Shown here: one piece after another, positions 27,049-37,852 of the stretch
How the letters are laid out: each line of letters starts with the position of its first letter
How positions within the stretch are numbered: position 1 is the stretch's first letter
Source of the DNA: an uncultured Gammaproteobacteria bacterium
GTDB lineage: Bacteria; Patescibacteriota; Patescibacteriia; UBA9934; GWF2-40-263
NCBI GenBank assembly: GCA_964399675.1
Contig: CAYNRK010000005.1
Location: 766 to 64,765, forward strand
DNA: 64,000 bases
Reading direction: 5' to 3'
Notes under the pieces: generated by a model
Told to the model about the DNA's origin: nothing
The model's input: the letters and a program-made list of their open reading frames with translations, nothing else
Databases searched by the model: none
Made by a program: the position numbers and the translations under genes

Positions 27049-28353
27049 TTAGTTTTGAATCACTTTCAAGAATGTTTTTAATAAAATTTTGAAATCTAAA
27101 AACCAATTTCGATATTTGACATAGTATAAATCATATTCCAATTTTCGTCTGGTGTCCTCGATTGAGCGGCCATAGGGATAATTAATTTGCGCCCATCCTG
27201 TAACGCCGGGTCTTACAATATGTCGCAAAGAGTAGAAGGGGACAATGCGATTAAATTCGTTGACAAACTCAGGTTGTTCTGGCCGAGGTCCGATTAGAGA
27301 CATGTTGCCTTTGAGTACATTGAATAGTTGGGGGAGTTCATCTAAATGTGTGTATCGAAGCAAAGATCCAATCCTGGTTATTCTTTGGTCGTTTGTTTGA
27401 GCCCAAACTTGCTGTGTTTGTTTTGGAGCATGCGTCATTGTTCGAAACTTGCAAATCGTAAATGGTTTTCCGTTTTTTCCAACTCGTATTTGGCGATAGA
27501 GAACAGGACCAGAGGAAAATAGTTTAATTGCGATTGAGATGAGCACAATAAGCCATGAGAGCAGAATTAACAGTATTAGACTTACCAGAAGATCGGATGC
27601 TCGTTTAAACATTTCGAATTCTCGTTTGTGGGCTTCTGTGAAGTGTTTGAGGATCCACGAGGTGTCTGTTATGGAAAGAGGGATTTTTGATCTAAGCTCT
27701 TCCCAAAAGGATGTATCATCAATAACTCTTATGCCATGGAGCACATGCTTGTAAAGTTCTTTTCGAAATGGGTGATAACTATTTTTTCCAACCACAAGTA
27801 TGTCAATTGTTGTGTTGAGTTTAAATTCATTGTCTTGGGAAAGTTGTACAACATCTTCAACGTGATATAGAGCAAGAGAACTGGATGATAGTTTATTCAC
27901 CATTGACATTGAATCAGAGTCAATGTTTACAAACAAGACTCTTTTTCGGAATCGTTGGTCAGTAAAGACTTTTCCAATAATACTTCTCCAGATGAGGAAC
28001 AGTGCTGAGTAAATTACAATGTAGATGAACAAATTTGTTTTTGGACTGATTTTTACAATTGGTGCGATTACATAAAAGAAAAAAGTTGCAAGCAGAGTAT
28101 TAACAACCATGGCTTGTAAAAATTTTTGGAAAAAGATTCCACTTATTCGAAAATGGTATCTAGCATAAAGATCAAAGATATAAAAGGAGGCGATCCAGAA
28201 AAGATGAAGAATTGTAAAAGGCAAAACATGACGATCCCAATCCAGTTGCACAAATTCAAAACCACCTCGTACATACAATGTGATGCCAAGGGCCAGATAC
28301 ATGAGAACAAAGTCCCCTGTAAGAAATATCCAACTTCGGAGTTTAAGAGTCAT
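27049..28353 (-). CDS. Sugar transferase (polyprenyl glycosylphosphotransferase)
   Basis: KFRTM, LDELPQ, SLIGPRPE, RPGVTGWAQ, YDLYY. Confidence 0.93.
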   Translation of the reverse strand: MTLKLRSWIFLTGDFVLMYLALGITLYVRGGFEFVQLDWDRHVLPFTILHLFWIASFYIFDLYARYHFRISGIFFQKFLQAMVVNTLLATFFFYVIAPIVKISPKTNLFIYIVIYSALFLIWRSIIGKVFTDQRFRKRVLFVNIDSDSMSMVNKLSSSSLALYHVEDVVQLSQDNEFKLNTTIDILVVGKNSYHPFRKELYKHVLHGIRVIDDTSFWEELRSKIPLSITDTSWILKHFTEAHKREFEMFKRASDLLVSLILLILLSWLIVLISIAIKLFSSGPVLYRQIRVGKNGKPFTICKFRTMTHAPKQTQQVWAQTNDQRITRIGSLLRYTHLDELPQLFNVLKGNMSLIGPRPEQPEFVNEFNRIVPFYSLRHIVRPGVTGWAQINYPYGRSIEDTRRKLEYDLYYVKYRNWFLDFKILLKTFLKVIQN

Positions 28354-29464
28354 GAGTTTTATGGAACAGAATTGATTCGTAGACCTTCATTGTCTTATCA
28401 CACATTATTTGAACAGAGAAATCTTGCTCAGCAATTTTTTTCCCAGCTTCTCCCATTTGTTCCCGTAACTCTCTGTTTTGGATAAGAGTGCTTAGAGCGT
28501 TTACGAGTTTGTCTAAGTTTCCCTTGGGGATTAGGATGCCTGCTTTGTTTTGAAGAGCCTCACGCACACCTCCGATATCTGAAGCAATGACTGGAATGCC
28601 AAAAGACATTGCTTCAAGGATTGTATAAGGGAATCCTTCCCAGTTTGAGATAAGCACAAACAGATCAGCTTGTTTATCCAATAATTCTAAAACCTTTTTT
28701 CGAGGTGTTGATCCGGTGAGTGTTACTTTGTTTTGGATTGAATTTTTTTTGACAAAGTCATAAAGCTTTCCTTCTTGAGGCCCAGTGCCAATAATGGTTA
28801 AGCGTGCACGCTGTTGTAACTCTTTTGGTAATTGAAGGTAGGCACGGATGAGTTTGATTGGTTCTTTTGGCAGAGCAATTCTTCCGACAAAAAAAATGTC
28901 CAGAATATCTTTTGATTGTTTTTTAGGTATCAAGGTCGGAATATCGATCCCATTGTAAACGACAGTCAACTTGTTACTTGGTGCGATTTTTAATCTTTGT
29001 GCAAGTTGTAAATCATTTTGCGAAACGCAAATTATTTTTTCACAAAACAATCCAGCTAGTTTTTCAAGTGGTTTTATGAAAAGTCTTCTGTAAAAAGGTG
29101 CTCCTTGAGTAAACGCCCAACCGTGTGCTGTAAAAACTGTTGGAATTCGATTACGTAAAGTAAATCTTCCAAGAAGACCTGCGATTGTGCTGTGACAGGC
29201 TACTAAGTCAGGCTGGAATTCTTTTACAGCTTTTAGAAATTCACTTGATGATCGAAGAAGTCGAAAAGGATTTGCTGTGTTGCCCAAGAATGCGTTGGGA
29301 TAAAATTTAACATTGTTTTTTTTCGCCTGTTGTTCCAACCATCCTCCTGGAGCACTCATGATTGTGACTTCATGACCGCGTGAAGTTAAATACGTTGCAA
29401 GCTGTGCAACGTGCGTTTGGGCTCCACCCTGTTCCGATTTTGTTATGAAGTAGAGGACTTTCAT
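28343..29464 (-). CDS. Glycosyltransferase family 4
   Basis: GGAQ, FTAHGW, EGFPYTILEAM. Confidence 0.92.
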   Translation of the reverse strand: MKVLYFITKSEQGGAQTHVAQLATYLTSRGHEVTIMSAPGGWLEQQAKKNNVKFYPNAFLGNTANPFRLLRSSSEFLKAVKEFQPDLVACHSTIAGLLGRFTLRNRIPTVFTAHGWAFTQGAPFYRRLFIKPLEKLAGLFCEKIICVSQNDLQLAQRLKIAPSNKLTVVYNGIDIPTLIPKKQSKDILDIFFVGRIALPKEPIKLIRAYLQLPKELQQRARLTIIGTGPQEGKLYDFVKKNSIQNKVTLTGSTPRKKVLELLDKQADLFVLISNWEGFPYTILEAMSFGIPVIASDIGGVREALQNKAGILIPKGNLDKLVNALSTLIQNRELREQMGEAGKKIAEQDFSVQIMCDKTMKVYESILFHKTHDS

Positions 29465-30282
29465 GTGGCTTTATGAGCGTACATTTTTTGTTTGAAAATA
29501 TGAACTCGAATGAATCGGACAATAGGCAAGGGAAGTATTGTGGCAAGAAAAGGCTTGAGAAAAAAGATCAAGTTCCAAACTGGATATTGTTGACGTTTCA
29601 ACGCGGCTTGTCGAGCCTTCAACGCAAAACGAATCTGCTCACGTTCTGTTTTGAATGAGATCATGTTTTTGGTAAAACGTTTCTGCATCAGGATTTCGGG
29701 AAGGTTTGCAAGCTCAGTTATCTTTGCCGCACGCAACCACAAGTCATAATCTTGCGCTTTGTAGTAGTTCTTGTCATAACCACTGACTTGATCAAGGACA
29801 CTTTTTCGCATAATCACTGAGCTGTGTAGGAACGGATTGAATCGAATAAGAATCCGTTTTATTTTTTTGTTGGTGAGTGGTGGATGCTTTTCTCCAATAA
29901 CAGCCCCAGATTCGTCAATGAATTCATAAGCACACCCAACGATTCCAACTTCAGGGTGCGTTTCAATATACTCGATCTGGCGCTCAAATCTTTTTGGCAC
30001 GGCAATGTCATCAGCATCCATACGAGCAATAAACTTGCCTTGAGCTTGGCTGATCGCCTTGTTAAGCGATTTGGTTAATCCCAGATTGGTTTGGTTGGTT
30101 ATAATTTTAATTCGTTCATCTTGATGAGCCAGTGTTCTCAAGATTTCTGGCGTTCGATCCGTTGAGCCATCGTCAATAATAATAAATTCAAAATCACCAT
30201 ATGTTTGAGAGAGAATGCTTTGAATTGCTTGTTTCAAAAACCGTTCTCCATTGTAGACTGACATTATGACTGATAAGTGCAT
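29461..30282 (-). CDS. Glycosyltransferase family 2
   Basis: SVIMSVYN, DDGSTD, RMDADD, QDYDLW. Confidence 0.93.
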   Translation of the reverse strand: MHLSVIMSVYNGERFLKQAIQSILSQTYGDFEFIIIDDGSTDRTPEILRTLAHQDERIKIITNQTNLGLTKSLNKAISQAQGKFIARMDADDIAVPKRFERQIEYIETHPEVGIVGCAYEFIDESGAVIGEKHPPLTNKKIKRILIRFNPFLHSSVIMRKSVLDQVSGYDKNYYKAQDYDLWLRAAKITELANLPEILMQKRFTKNMISFKTEREQIRFALKARQAALKRQQYPVWNLIFFLKPFLATILPLPIVRFIRVHIFKQKMYAHKAT

Positions 30283-30321
30283 AGAATCGTCAAATCTGAT
30301 AAACTTTTTTCATTGTAAACT

Positions 30322-31578
30322 ATGAGAATTTCAACATTAAAACAGAATATTTACAAGTTCTTGCGATGGTCAGAGAAATATACAAAAACAGACATGGTTT
30401 ATTTGGCTCAAGGAAGTTTTTGGATGCTGATAAAAAAAATTACGCTTTCCTTCATTGGGCTCATAATGGTTGTTGCTTTTGCAAATTTGTTGCCACAGGA
30501 AACCTATGGGACCTATAAGTTTGTGTTGTCGATTACCGCCATTTTGGCTATTAGCACACTTTCTGGAATGAACCCATCTCTTATTCGATCTGTTGCAAAA
30601 GGATATGAAGGTTCATTGATTCCAGTTTTTTATGCTCGACTTAAATGGGGGGCCATAGGGAGCGTCGGGGGCTTGGGTCTTGCATTATATTATTATGTTC
30701 AAGGCCATACAACGCTCACGATTGTTTTTATACTTTTTGCACTCTTTCTTCCTTTTAAAAATGCTTTTTCGATTTATAAAGCATATTGGCAAGGAAAAAA
30801 ACAATTCGATACGTTTGCAAAATTTATTGTACTACACGAATTATTGGTAATGATACCAATACTGCTAACTCTTTTATTCACAGATAACATTGTCACAATT
30901 TTTGTTGTCTATTTGTTGTCTTGGGTGATTCCTGCAGCAGGGTTCTTTTTCTTCACCATTCGAAGAGTAAAGAATACGCAGCGTGATTCTGAGACAATTA
31001 CATACGGAAAATTTTTGAGCCTCATTGGGATTCTTTCAACGATTGCCAACCATTCGGCAAATATTCTTATTTGGCATTTTGCCGGTGCAATTCCAGTGGC
31101 GCTTTACAACTTTGCTGTCAGACCCCCGCAGGAGATAAAACGGATCTTTACAGAAACATTTCCAATATCGTTTCCGAAATTTAGCGAACGTTCCAAAAAG
31201 GAAATTAAGCAAACATTATTGAAGAAAGTTGCAAAGCTGTACATTGTGCTTATACCAGCAACAATTATCTATATCCTTCTTGCACCGATGATCTATAACA
31301 TCTTTTTTCCAAAATACACAGAAGTTATTTTTTATTCCCAACTTTTTGCAGTTACCATATTATTAATCCCTTCATCACTTTTTGGGATTCTCTATCAGGC
31401 TCAAGCATCAAAAAAGGAAATGCTGATTTCAGGAACCTTAATGCCGATCATTGTGATTAGTTCCCTACTGATTTTTGTTCCTAAGTACGGGATTCTTGGT
31501 GCTATTATTGCATCAGTGATTACACATGTGCTAGGTTTGGCTCTTCAGATTTTTTTATTTAGACGAATGAAAGTATGA
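30322..31578 (+). CDS. Polysaccharide flippase (Wzx-like)
   Basis: Multi-TM; ETYGTYKF, YGILGA. Confidence 0.85.
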   Translation: MRISTLKQNIYKFLRWSEKYTKTDMVYLAQGSFWMLIKKITLSFIGLIMVVAFANLLPQETYGTYKFVLSITAILAISTLSGMNPSLIRSVAKGYEGSLIPVFYARLKWGAIGSVGGLGLALYYYVQGHTTLTIVFILFALFLPFKNAFSIYKAYWQGKKQFDTFAKFIVLHELLVMIPILLTLLFTDNIVTIFVVYLLSWVIPAAGFFFFTIRRVKNTQRDSETITYGKFLSLIGILSTIANHSANILIWHFAGAIPVALYNFAVRPPQEIKRIFTETFPISFPKFSERSKKEIKQTLLKKVAKLYIVLIPATIIYILLAPMIYNIFFPKYTEVIFYSQLFAVTILLIPSSLFGILYQAQASKKEMLISGTLMPIIVISSLLIFVPKYGILGAIIASVITHVLGLALQIFLFRRMKV

Positions 31579-32672
31579 AAAAGATATCATTATCATTTTT
31601 TGCTACAAAAGAAATAGATGTTTCTCAAACAGGCAATCTTCATTCAGGTTTTTCAAATCCTCCAGATCGTCTTGTCTACGGATTTGAACACGACGATGAA
31701 TTTACGTTAACGGTTTCTGCAAAACGAAACAGCTTGCTTCAGCTTTTATGGAAGCCATTTGAAAAATTTTTGATTTATCGAACAGGTGTTGGTTTTAGAC
31801 TTGATCAGGTAATCATTAACTTAAAGCAGATTCGTTCACAAGACATTGTTTTGGCTCAAACGGATTCTTGCGGACTACCGATTGTGCTTTTGAAAAAACT
31901 CAATCTTATAAAATGCAAAGTTGGATTTCTCTCTGCCGGTCTTATTAATAATTTGGAGCTCCAACAAAACACCTTTCTTTTTCGATTTTATAAATGGTTT
32001 CTTAAAGAAGCGGATTTTATTGTATGCTGGTCTTTGCTTGAAGAAAAGATGTACAAAGAGCTAATTGGAGTTAATGCAAAATTTGTTCTTTTGGAAACAG
32101 ATCTTGATTTTTATCAACCTAATTTCGAAATAGAGCTAGAAGATTATGTCTTGTGTGTTGGAAGAGATGTTGGGAGAGATTTTCAATCATTGTTTCAGGT
32201 GCTTGAAGAATTAAACATACCAGCAAAAGTCATAACACAACCGAATCGTATAAAAGGTCTGGAGGTGCCAAAAAATGTTGAATTATATTTAGAAAAAGTA
32301 AGTTATCCTACGTTATTAGATTGGTATAAAAAGGCGCGGCTTGTTGTAATAAATCTCCAAGAGATAAATCGTTTTACTGGGCAGCGGGCTCTTTTGGAAG
32401 CTTTGGCCATGGGCAAAGGGGTTGTTGCTGCAAAAACCAAAGCGCTCACAGAGACTTATGTACTTGAAGACGGAAACCATCTTGTTTATTATGAGCCAGG
32501 CAATAAAGAAGATTTAAAAGAGAAAATAAGTGTCTTGTATAGGGATGAAGAAAAAATAAAAAGGTTGAAAAGAAACGCCCGTCAGTTTGTTGAATCATTA
32601 CCAAAAGATTCTTTTTTTAGAGGAGTTAAAAAAATATTGTTAGATGCTGTTACTTATGTGGAGACTAAATAG
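31575..32672 (+). CDS. Glycosyltransferase (GT4-like)
   Basis: VGRDVGRDF, GQRALLEALAMGK. Confidence 0.85.
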   Translation: MKKISLSFFATKEIDVSQTGNLHSGFSNPPDRLVYGFEHDDEFTLTVSAKRNSLLQLLWKPFEKFLIYRTGVGFRLDQVIINLKQIRSQDIVLAQTDSCGLPIVLLKKLNLIKCKVGFLSAGLINNLELQQNTFLFRFYKWFLKEADFIVCWSLLEEKMYKELIGVNAKFVLLETDLDFYQPNFEIELEDYVLCVGRDVGRDFQSLFQVLEELNIPAKVITQPNRIKGLEVPKNVELYLEKVSYPTLLDWYKKARLVVINLQEINRFTGQRALLEALAMGKGVVAAKTKALTETYVLEDGNHLVYYEPGNKEDLKEKISVLYRDEEKIKRLKRNARQFVESLPKDSFFRGVKKILLDAVTYVETK

Positions 32673-33369
32673 CAAATACCTTAAATTTAAAAAGTATGCC
32701 ACGTATGCGCGTGAACCTTTCTTTGAGATCGCAAAAAAATATTCAGAAGGGAAGAAACGTATCATGGACATGGGGCCAGGTGATGGAAAATTTGCTGACT
32801 ATCTTGGGCGTGAAGATATTTATTTGATAGAAGGGAATCCGCGATCTTGTGATCGGTTGAAATTAATATATCCAAATGTTATAAACGCTCGTCTTCCGGA
32901 GCAATTGTCATTTGAAGACGGAACATTTGATTTTATTCATTGTAGTCACATTATTGAACACCTTTCTAATTCGGAAGCACATACGTTGTTTAAAGAGATA
33001 AATCGATTGTTAAGTGTTGGTGGTGTTTTGGTGATTTCTGCCCCCACGCTTTATGATGGCTTTTACAATGATTTATCGCATGTGAAGCCTTACAATCCAG
33101 CTGTTTTTCTTAAATACTTTGTGCGTGGTAATGAGTGCAGTGCGACTCGTAGCATAATTAGCTGTAACTACGAAAAAGTTGAGTTGGTTTGGAGATTTAC
33201 ATTTACACAGATGAAAGTACCTATTTGGGCAAACGGAGAGACAAAAACGTTCTTTAACAAAGTGCTATATGCTCTTCATTTACTCATAAAAAAAATTGGA
33301 TTTGGTCAATATCAACGCAGCGGTTTTACGTTAGTATTGAGGAAAAGAGAACGATCAAATGTTGAATAG
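32644..33369 (+). CDS. Class I SAM-dependent methyltransferase
   Basis: DMGPGDG, FDFIHCSHIIEHL, GGVLVISAP. Confidence 0.88.
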   Translation: MLLLMWRLNSKYLKFKKYATYAREPFFEIAKKYSEGKKRIMDMGPGDGKFADYLGREDIYLIEGNPRSCDRLKLIYPNVINARLPEQLSFEDGTFDFIHCSHIIEHLSNSEAHTLFKEINRLLSVGGVLVISAPTLYDGFYNDLSHVKPYNPAVFLKYFVRGNECSATRSIISCNYEKVELVWRFTFTQMKVPIWANGETKTFFNKVLYALHLLIKKIGFGQYQRSGFTLVLRKRERSNVE

Positions 33370-34181
33370 TATGGGTTTTGTGTTTTCACTCGCCAAAGAT
33401 AGAGTGGGACTTTGGCGCAAATGCTATCTTGAAACATTTCAACAACCTGAAAATTAAAATCTCGATCTGCACCGCGACCGCGGTCTGATGGCCGGATTCG
33501 TAATTCTCGTGGCCGGAAAGAAATAGTATCAAAAATTTTCCGTTTTACCAGTGTGGGACCAGCTGCGCATGGGTATGGATCCCAGTTGCGAAAAAATAGT
33601 TTTAATCTTCTTTTAATTGGGAAGGGAATATATTGGTGTGTTGTTTTAAAAAGAGAAAATCCAACCCCTTTTGTTTTTTTTGCCAAATCCAATATTTTTT
33701 TAGTCTTTATAATTGCGCCTGGATTATTTTTTAAATAGCGATTGATATCAATTGATTTTTCAATAAGTTTTTCATCAAATTTTTGCCAATCAATACAGAC
33801 GTGAGATGAGTTGTATTTTTGTGCTAATTGATACTGAGCCTCAATTCGATTCCGCAATGATGCATCGTCAGCATCCTGAAACGTAATCCATTCGCCTTGT
33901 GTCTTATTGATTCCATGATTACGCGCCATCCATCCGGCATTTATGTTTACTCCTTTTCTGTTGCATCGATGTGGGTCATCAAAGGGAAGGGAATAGTATT
34001 TCACATTCTGATTTTTTTGTGAGATTTTTTTTACCACCTTCTGAGTATGGTCAGTACTATTATCATCAACCACAATGATTTCGAGATTCGGATACGTCTG
34101 TTGCAAAATAGAATCAATCGCCACTTTGATTGTCTCTGCCGAATTATATGTGGGTATGATTACGGAGATCAAAGGATCCAT
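33312..34181 (-). CDS. Glycosyltransferase family 2
   Basis: ISVIIPTYN, VDDNSTD, FQDADD. Confidence 0.92.
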   Translation of the reverse strand: MDPLISVIIPTYNSAETIKVAIDSILQQTYPNLEIIVVDDNSTDHTQKVVKKISQKNQNVKYYSLPFDDPHRCNRKGVNINAGWMARNHGINKTQGEWITFQDADDASLRNRIEAQYQLAQKYNSSHVCIDWQKFDEKLIEKSIDINRYLKNNPGAIIKTKKILDLAKKTKGVGFSLFKTTHQYIPFPIKRRLKLFFRNWDPYPCAAGPTLVKRKIFDTISFRPRELRIRPSDRGRGADRDFNFQVVEMFQDSICAKVPLYLWRVKTQNPYYSTFDRSLFLNTNVKPLR

Positions 34182-34183
34182 AC

Positions 34184-35122
34184 TTAACTGAAATCATTCC
34201 TATTTTCCAAAAACCATGTATAGAGTTTTTTTACCCCTTCCTCCAGAGAAGTTTTTGGTTTCCATCCCAAGCTTTGTAATTTACTAACATCCATAAGTTT
34301 ACGAGGAGTTCCATCAGGTTTTGATAAGTCGTGTTCGATTTCTCCTTCATAGCCTACAACCTTGCAGATAAGCAGCAACAAATCTTTAATCGCAATATCT
34401 TCTCCCATTCCAACATTATACAGTCCATGATTAACATCTGATTCCATCAGAAAAACGCATGCGTCACCAACGTCATCAACATACAAAAATTCTCTTAGTG
34501 GTTTTCCTGTTCCCCACATTACGATTTCTGGTTCATTGTTTTCCTTTGCCTGAACGACTTTGCGAAGTAGTGCCGGCATAACATGTGAGGTTTTAGGATC
34601 AAAATTATCATTCTCACCATAGAGATTACATGGCATGACCGCAACGTATGAGAATCCGTATTGGTCGTGATAGGCCTCGCACATTTTAATGGCTGCGATT
34701 TTTGCTGTTGCATAGCCAAAATTTGTTGGTTCCAAATGGCCTGTCATCAAACTCTCTTCTTTGATTGGTTGGTCAGCAAATTTTGGATAAATACAGGAAC
34801 TTCCAAGAAAGCAGAATTTTTTAACACCAGTGAGGTGCGCAGCATGGATTGTATTAAGTTCGATCGCCATGTTGTTGTAAAAAAATTCACCTTGAGCTTC
34901 TTTGTTGGCCAAAATTCCACCAACCTTTGCGGCTGCTAAAAACACATAGTCTGGTTTGTTCTTTTCAAAAAAATCAGTGGTTGCTTGTTGATTTCGTAAA
35001 TCTAATTCCGAGCTTGTTTGTAAAAGTAAATTTTCATAACCATGTTTTTTTAACTCTCTTACAATTGCAGATCCGACCATTCCTTTATGGCCAGCCACAT
35101 AAATTTTTGATTCCTTTTCCAT
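34184..35122 (-). CDS. fcl: GDP-L-fucose synthase
   Basis: GHKGMVGSA, AAAKVGGI, LGSSCIYP, LEPTN, KPDGTPRK. Confidence 0.96.
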   Translation of the reverse strand: MEKESKIYVAGHKGMVGSAIVRELKKHGYENLLLQTSSELDLRNQQATTDFFEKNKPDYVFLAAAKVGGILANKEAQGEFFYNNMAIELNTIHAAHLTGVKKFCFLGSSCIYPKFADQPIKEESLMTGHLEPTNFGYATAKIAAIKMCEAYHDQYGFSYVAVMPCNLYGENDNFDPKTSHVMPALLRKVVQAKENNEPEIVMWGTGKPLREFLYVDDVGDACVFLMESDVNHGLYNVGMGEDIAIKDLLLLICKVVGYEGEIEHDLSKPDGTPRKLMDVSKLQSLGWKPKTSLEEGVKKLYTWFLENRNDFS

Positions 35123-35223
35123 AACTTAATATAAAGACATGACTTAGATTGAATTATAATAGCAAAATTTGTGATATACACAACAATTATAATACGAAAA
35201 GACCCCGAGGGTTTCAAGGGGTC

Positions 35224-35934
35224 TTAGATCAGTTGCAATCGTCCCAGTTGCTTTAGAGCCAGCAAGGTCACGACATGTGAAGAGGCCTCAAGGACGAGTC
35301 CTTGAGTAATGAGCTTCCACCACTCTGAAAGTGGAACAAGTATACATGCAAGGTGTTCGGTCCCATCAAGCGAAGACGGCTGTGGACGGATGGGCTCTTT
35401 TATGATTCCCAGGAACGGGAAAACGAGCTGATTGGTTTGGCGAGAGCTGACTGCAATGCCATGGTCTGACAATGGTGTCAGGCTTTCCAAAGCCAGTCCG
35501 GTTTCTTCTTCGAACTCGCGCTTGGCGCATCGTTCCATTGGACAAGGGTGTGTTTGATCTTTCTTGTTTGGAACCCCGGCCGGTGGAGAAAGCGAAAGGA
35601 CTTCAGCTCCATGCTTCCACTCACCAATGATGGGGACAAGCTCCTCACCGTCTTCGTGTTGGTTGGGCACCAGAGCAAAGACAGTTCCCCAATCTCGTCC
35701 CATGCTTCGAAATCCAGTGAACAGCCTTCCGTTGGGCTGTTCAAAGAACGCTGCCTGCGCTTGAGGAGCAAAACGTGCCAGCTCCTCACGTTGGGGATCA
35801 CTCAGATCGCTTTCTGCGTACGTTACCAAGTCCTGCGGAGGTCTGAGTTGGCGCCAGGCTTGAATACCTAGTTGTTCCAGCTCTGCAAAGACCGTGTCTG
35901 ATGTTACGATTGGAAGACCGTATTGTGTTTCCAC
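35224..35934 (-). CDS. NUDIX hydrolase
   Basis: PAG...CAKREFEEETGL Nudix box; GAGG RBS + GTG; own TTGACA-17-TATATT promoter and terminator (35191-35224); higher GC than neighbours. Confidence 0.85.
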   Translation of the reverse strand: METQYGLPIVTSDTVFAELEQLGIQAWRQLRPPQDLVTYAESDLSDPQREELARFAPQAQAAFFEQPNGRLFTGFRSMGRDWGTVFALVPNQHEDGEELVPIIGEWKHGAEVLSLSPPAGVPNKKDQTHPCPMERCAKREFEEETGLALESLTPLSDHGIAVSSRQTNQLVFPFLGIIKEPIRPQPSSLDGTEHLACILVPLSEWWKLITQGLVLEASSHVVTLLALKQLGRLQLI

Positions 35935-36001
35935 GTTTCCTCTTTTACAGCATGAATATGCGGAGACATCCAAATATAGCAGGCTTTCTAAGCCATGTCA
36001 A

Positions 36002-36733
36002 TCAGCTCCTAGTAGTATGTTTTTTAAAAAATCCCTGACGTCCAGGTAACTCTATTTTCCAATTAAAAAAATATTGACCAGCCAGATCCTTGCGAACATA
36101 GAAAACATTTCCTATATGCAGAACAGGAAAGTATCCAGCTGAATCCATAATGTTGATTTGTTTTTGTAGATTTTTGTCAGACGAGGAGTCTATTTCGGCA
36201 ATAACAAAAAAGGGACAGAAACGATTCCAATCAATGGCGCTTAATATTTCATTATCACTACCGTCGGTATCAATAGAAAAAAAACCAATCTCTTTTGGGG
36301 TGTTGAATTTTGTGAGTACTTCGTTTACTTCTGTTATTGTTGTCTTTTGATTTTGGAAATGTCCGTGCCAATTAATAGTCCCTTCTTGTGTTGTTTTTTC
36401 TCCAACAGCCATTTTTGATAAAGCGATCCCGCTATGGTCTTTATACAGCTCTTCAAGTTTTGCAAAAGTTGGTTCATTAGGTTCTATTAATAGGCCGTTG
36501 AATTGATATTTTTCAATAAGCAAACGGCTGTTACTAAATTCAATACCATCGCTTGCTCCTATATCGATGATAAAGCGTGGGATCAGAGGAACTTTATTTA
36601 AAATAAATTCAATAACACCATCCTCTCCATTTTGGGAATATATATTAGATCGAAAAATCGGAAAGGCTAAATGTCGATTCTCTATACCAAAACAGGACAG
36701 GATTATTTTGATGGTTTTTTTAAATTTAAACAT
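36002..36733 (-). CDS. FkbM-like methyltransferase
   Basis: YSQNGEDG, DIGASDG, LIEP, SIDTDG. Confidence 0.82.
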   Translation of the reverse strand: MFKFKKTIKIILSCFGIENRHLAFPIFRSNIYSQNGEDGVIEFILNKVPLIPRFIIDIGASDGIEFSNSRLLIEKYQFNGLLIEPNEPTFAKLEELYKDHSGIALSKMAVGEKTTQEGTINWHGHFQNQKTTITEVNEVLTKFNTPKEIGFFSIDTDGSDNEILSAIDWNRFCPFFVIAEIDSSSDKNLQKQINIMDSAGYFPVLHIGNVFYVRKDLAGQYFFNWKIELPGRQGFFKKHTTRS

Positions 36734-36737
36734 ATAT

Positions 36738-37628
36738 TTATCGGAACGGGTTATGTCGTTTTAGTATCCAACTATCTTCAGATGAAGAATATTCAAAAAT
36801 CTTGTAACAGTATTTCGACAGAATAGGAACATGACAAAAAATTTTATTTGGAATATTTGTGAACGCAAAACGGAATAATCGACATAATCTATAGAGATAC
36901 GCCAGAGTTTTTTCTTTTAATGGAACAGCTTGCTTCAATTCCTTGAGATAAATTTCGCTTGGTTCAAGAAAAGCCATGATGTCTTTTACTGTCTTGCTTT
37001 GTTCTCCTTTGCGAAAGGCTCCAATTGGTGTTGCTGCATGGTAGTGTTCCGTGTGTTGAAAAAACCGTGTCCAGAGCTCTGTGTCAAACGCCCATTTTTG
37101 ATCCTCAATTAATTTTCCACCCGATTTGTTCCACAACGATCTTCGGAAAAATGTCGATTCTTGTTGGATTATTTTCCAGTTACCAACAAGGAAGTCATAG
37201 AGATGTTTGAGGCGCAACTTAGAGTTTATGATTTCGGAGCGTTTATTAATGGTTGTTGCCATGCCGGTCATCCATTCGACTTCAGGATGTTCTGTAAAAA
37301 TTTTCGCAATAACAAAAAGACTGTTTGGCAAAAGAACATCGTCACTATTGAGCCACATCAGGATCTCTCCAGTTGTTTTTTCAAATCCTTTGTTAAGTGT
37401 AATGACAGGGGTGTCTCGATATCCAGTTAATCGTTCTGCGCACGATAGTTGATCGATGTATTGACTGATGATTTCCCAGCTATTGTCGGTGCTGCCATCA
37501 TCATAAACAATATATTCAAGGTTCGGATATTTTTGAGACAAGATAGACTCTATTGTCTCAGCGATGAAATTTCCATGATTGTAACAAGTGGTTACAATTG
37601 AAATTTTGGGGAATTTTATGGCATCCAT
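36738..37628 (-). CDS. Glycosyltransferase family 2
   Basis: KISIVTTCYN, DDGSTD, WLNSDD, QESTFFR. Confidence 0.9.
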   Translation of the reverse strand: MDAIKFPKISIVTTCYNHGNFIAETIESILSQKYPNLEYIVYDDGSTDNSWEIISQYIDQLSCAERLTGYRDTPVITLNKGFEKTTGEILMWLNSDDVLLPNSLFVIAKIFTEHPEVEWMTGMATTINKRSEIINSKLRLKHLYDFLVGNWKIIQQESTFFRRSLWNKSGGKLIEDQKWAFDTELWTRFFQHTEHYHAATPIGAFRKGEQSKTVKDIMAFLEPSEIYLKELKQAVPLKEKTLAYLYRLCRLFRFAFTNIPNKIFCHVPILSKYCYKIFEYSSSEDSWILKRHNPFR

Positions 37629-37651
37629 AAATATTATGTGCACCAGAATAT

Positions 37652-37843
37652 TTAGAAGATTGTGTATATAAACGGAGCTATTGCTGAGCTTTCTGCAAAT
37701 ACGATAACAATTCCGATCATAACAAGCAAAACAATTATTGGGCCAATCCACCATTTTTTATGTTCTTTCATTAATATCCAAATTTCTGCAAAGATTGAAA
37801 GCTTGCTTTTTTTTATTTTGTGCCAAAAGTTTTTCATATGCAT
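37652..37843 (-). CDS. Small membrane protein (SxtK/DUF5989-like)
   Basis: KKWWIGPII...SAIAPFIYTIF. Confidence 0.85.
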   Translation of the reverse strand: MHMKNFWHKIKKSKLSIFAEIWILMKEHKKWWIGPIIVLLVMIGIVIVFAESSAIAPFIYTIF

Positions 37844-37852
37844 TGTTTTCAA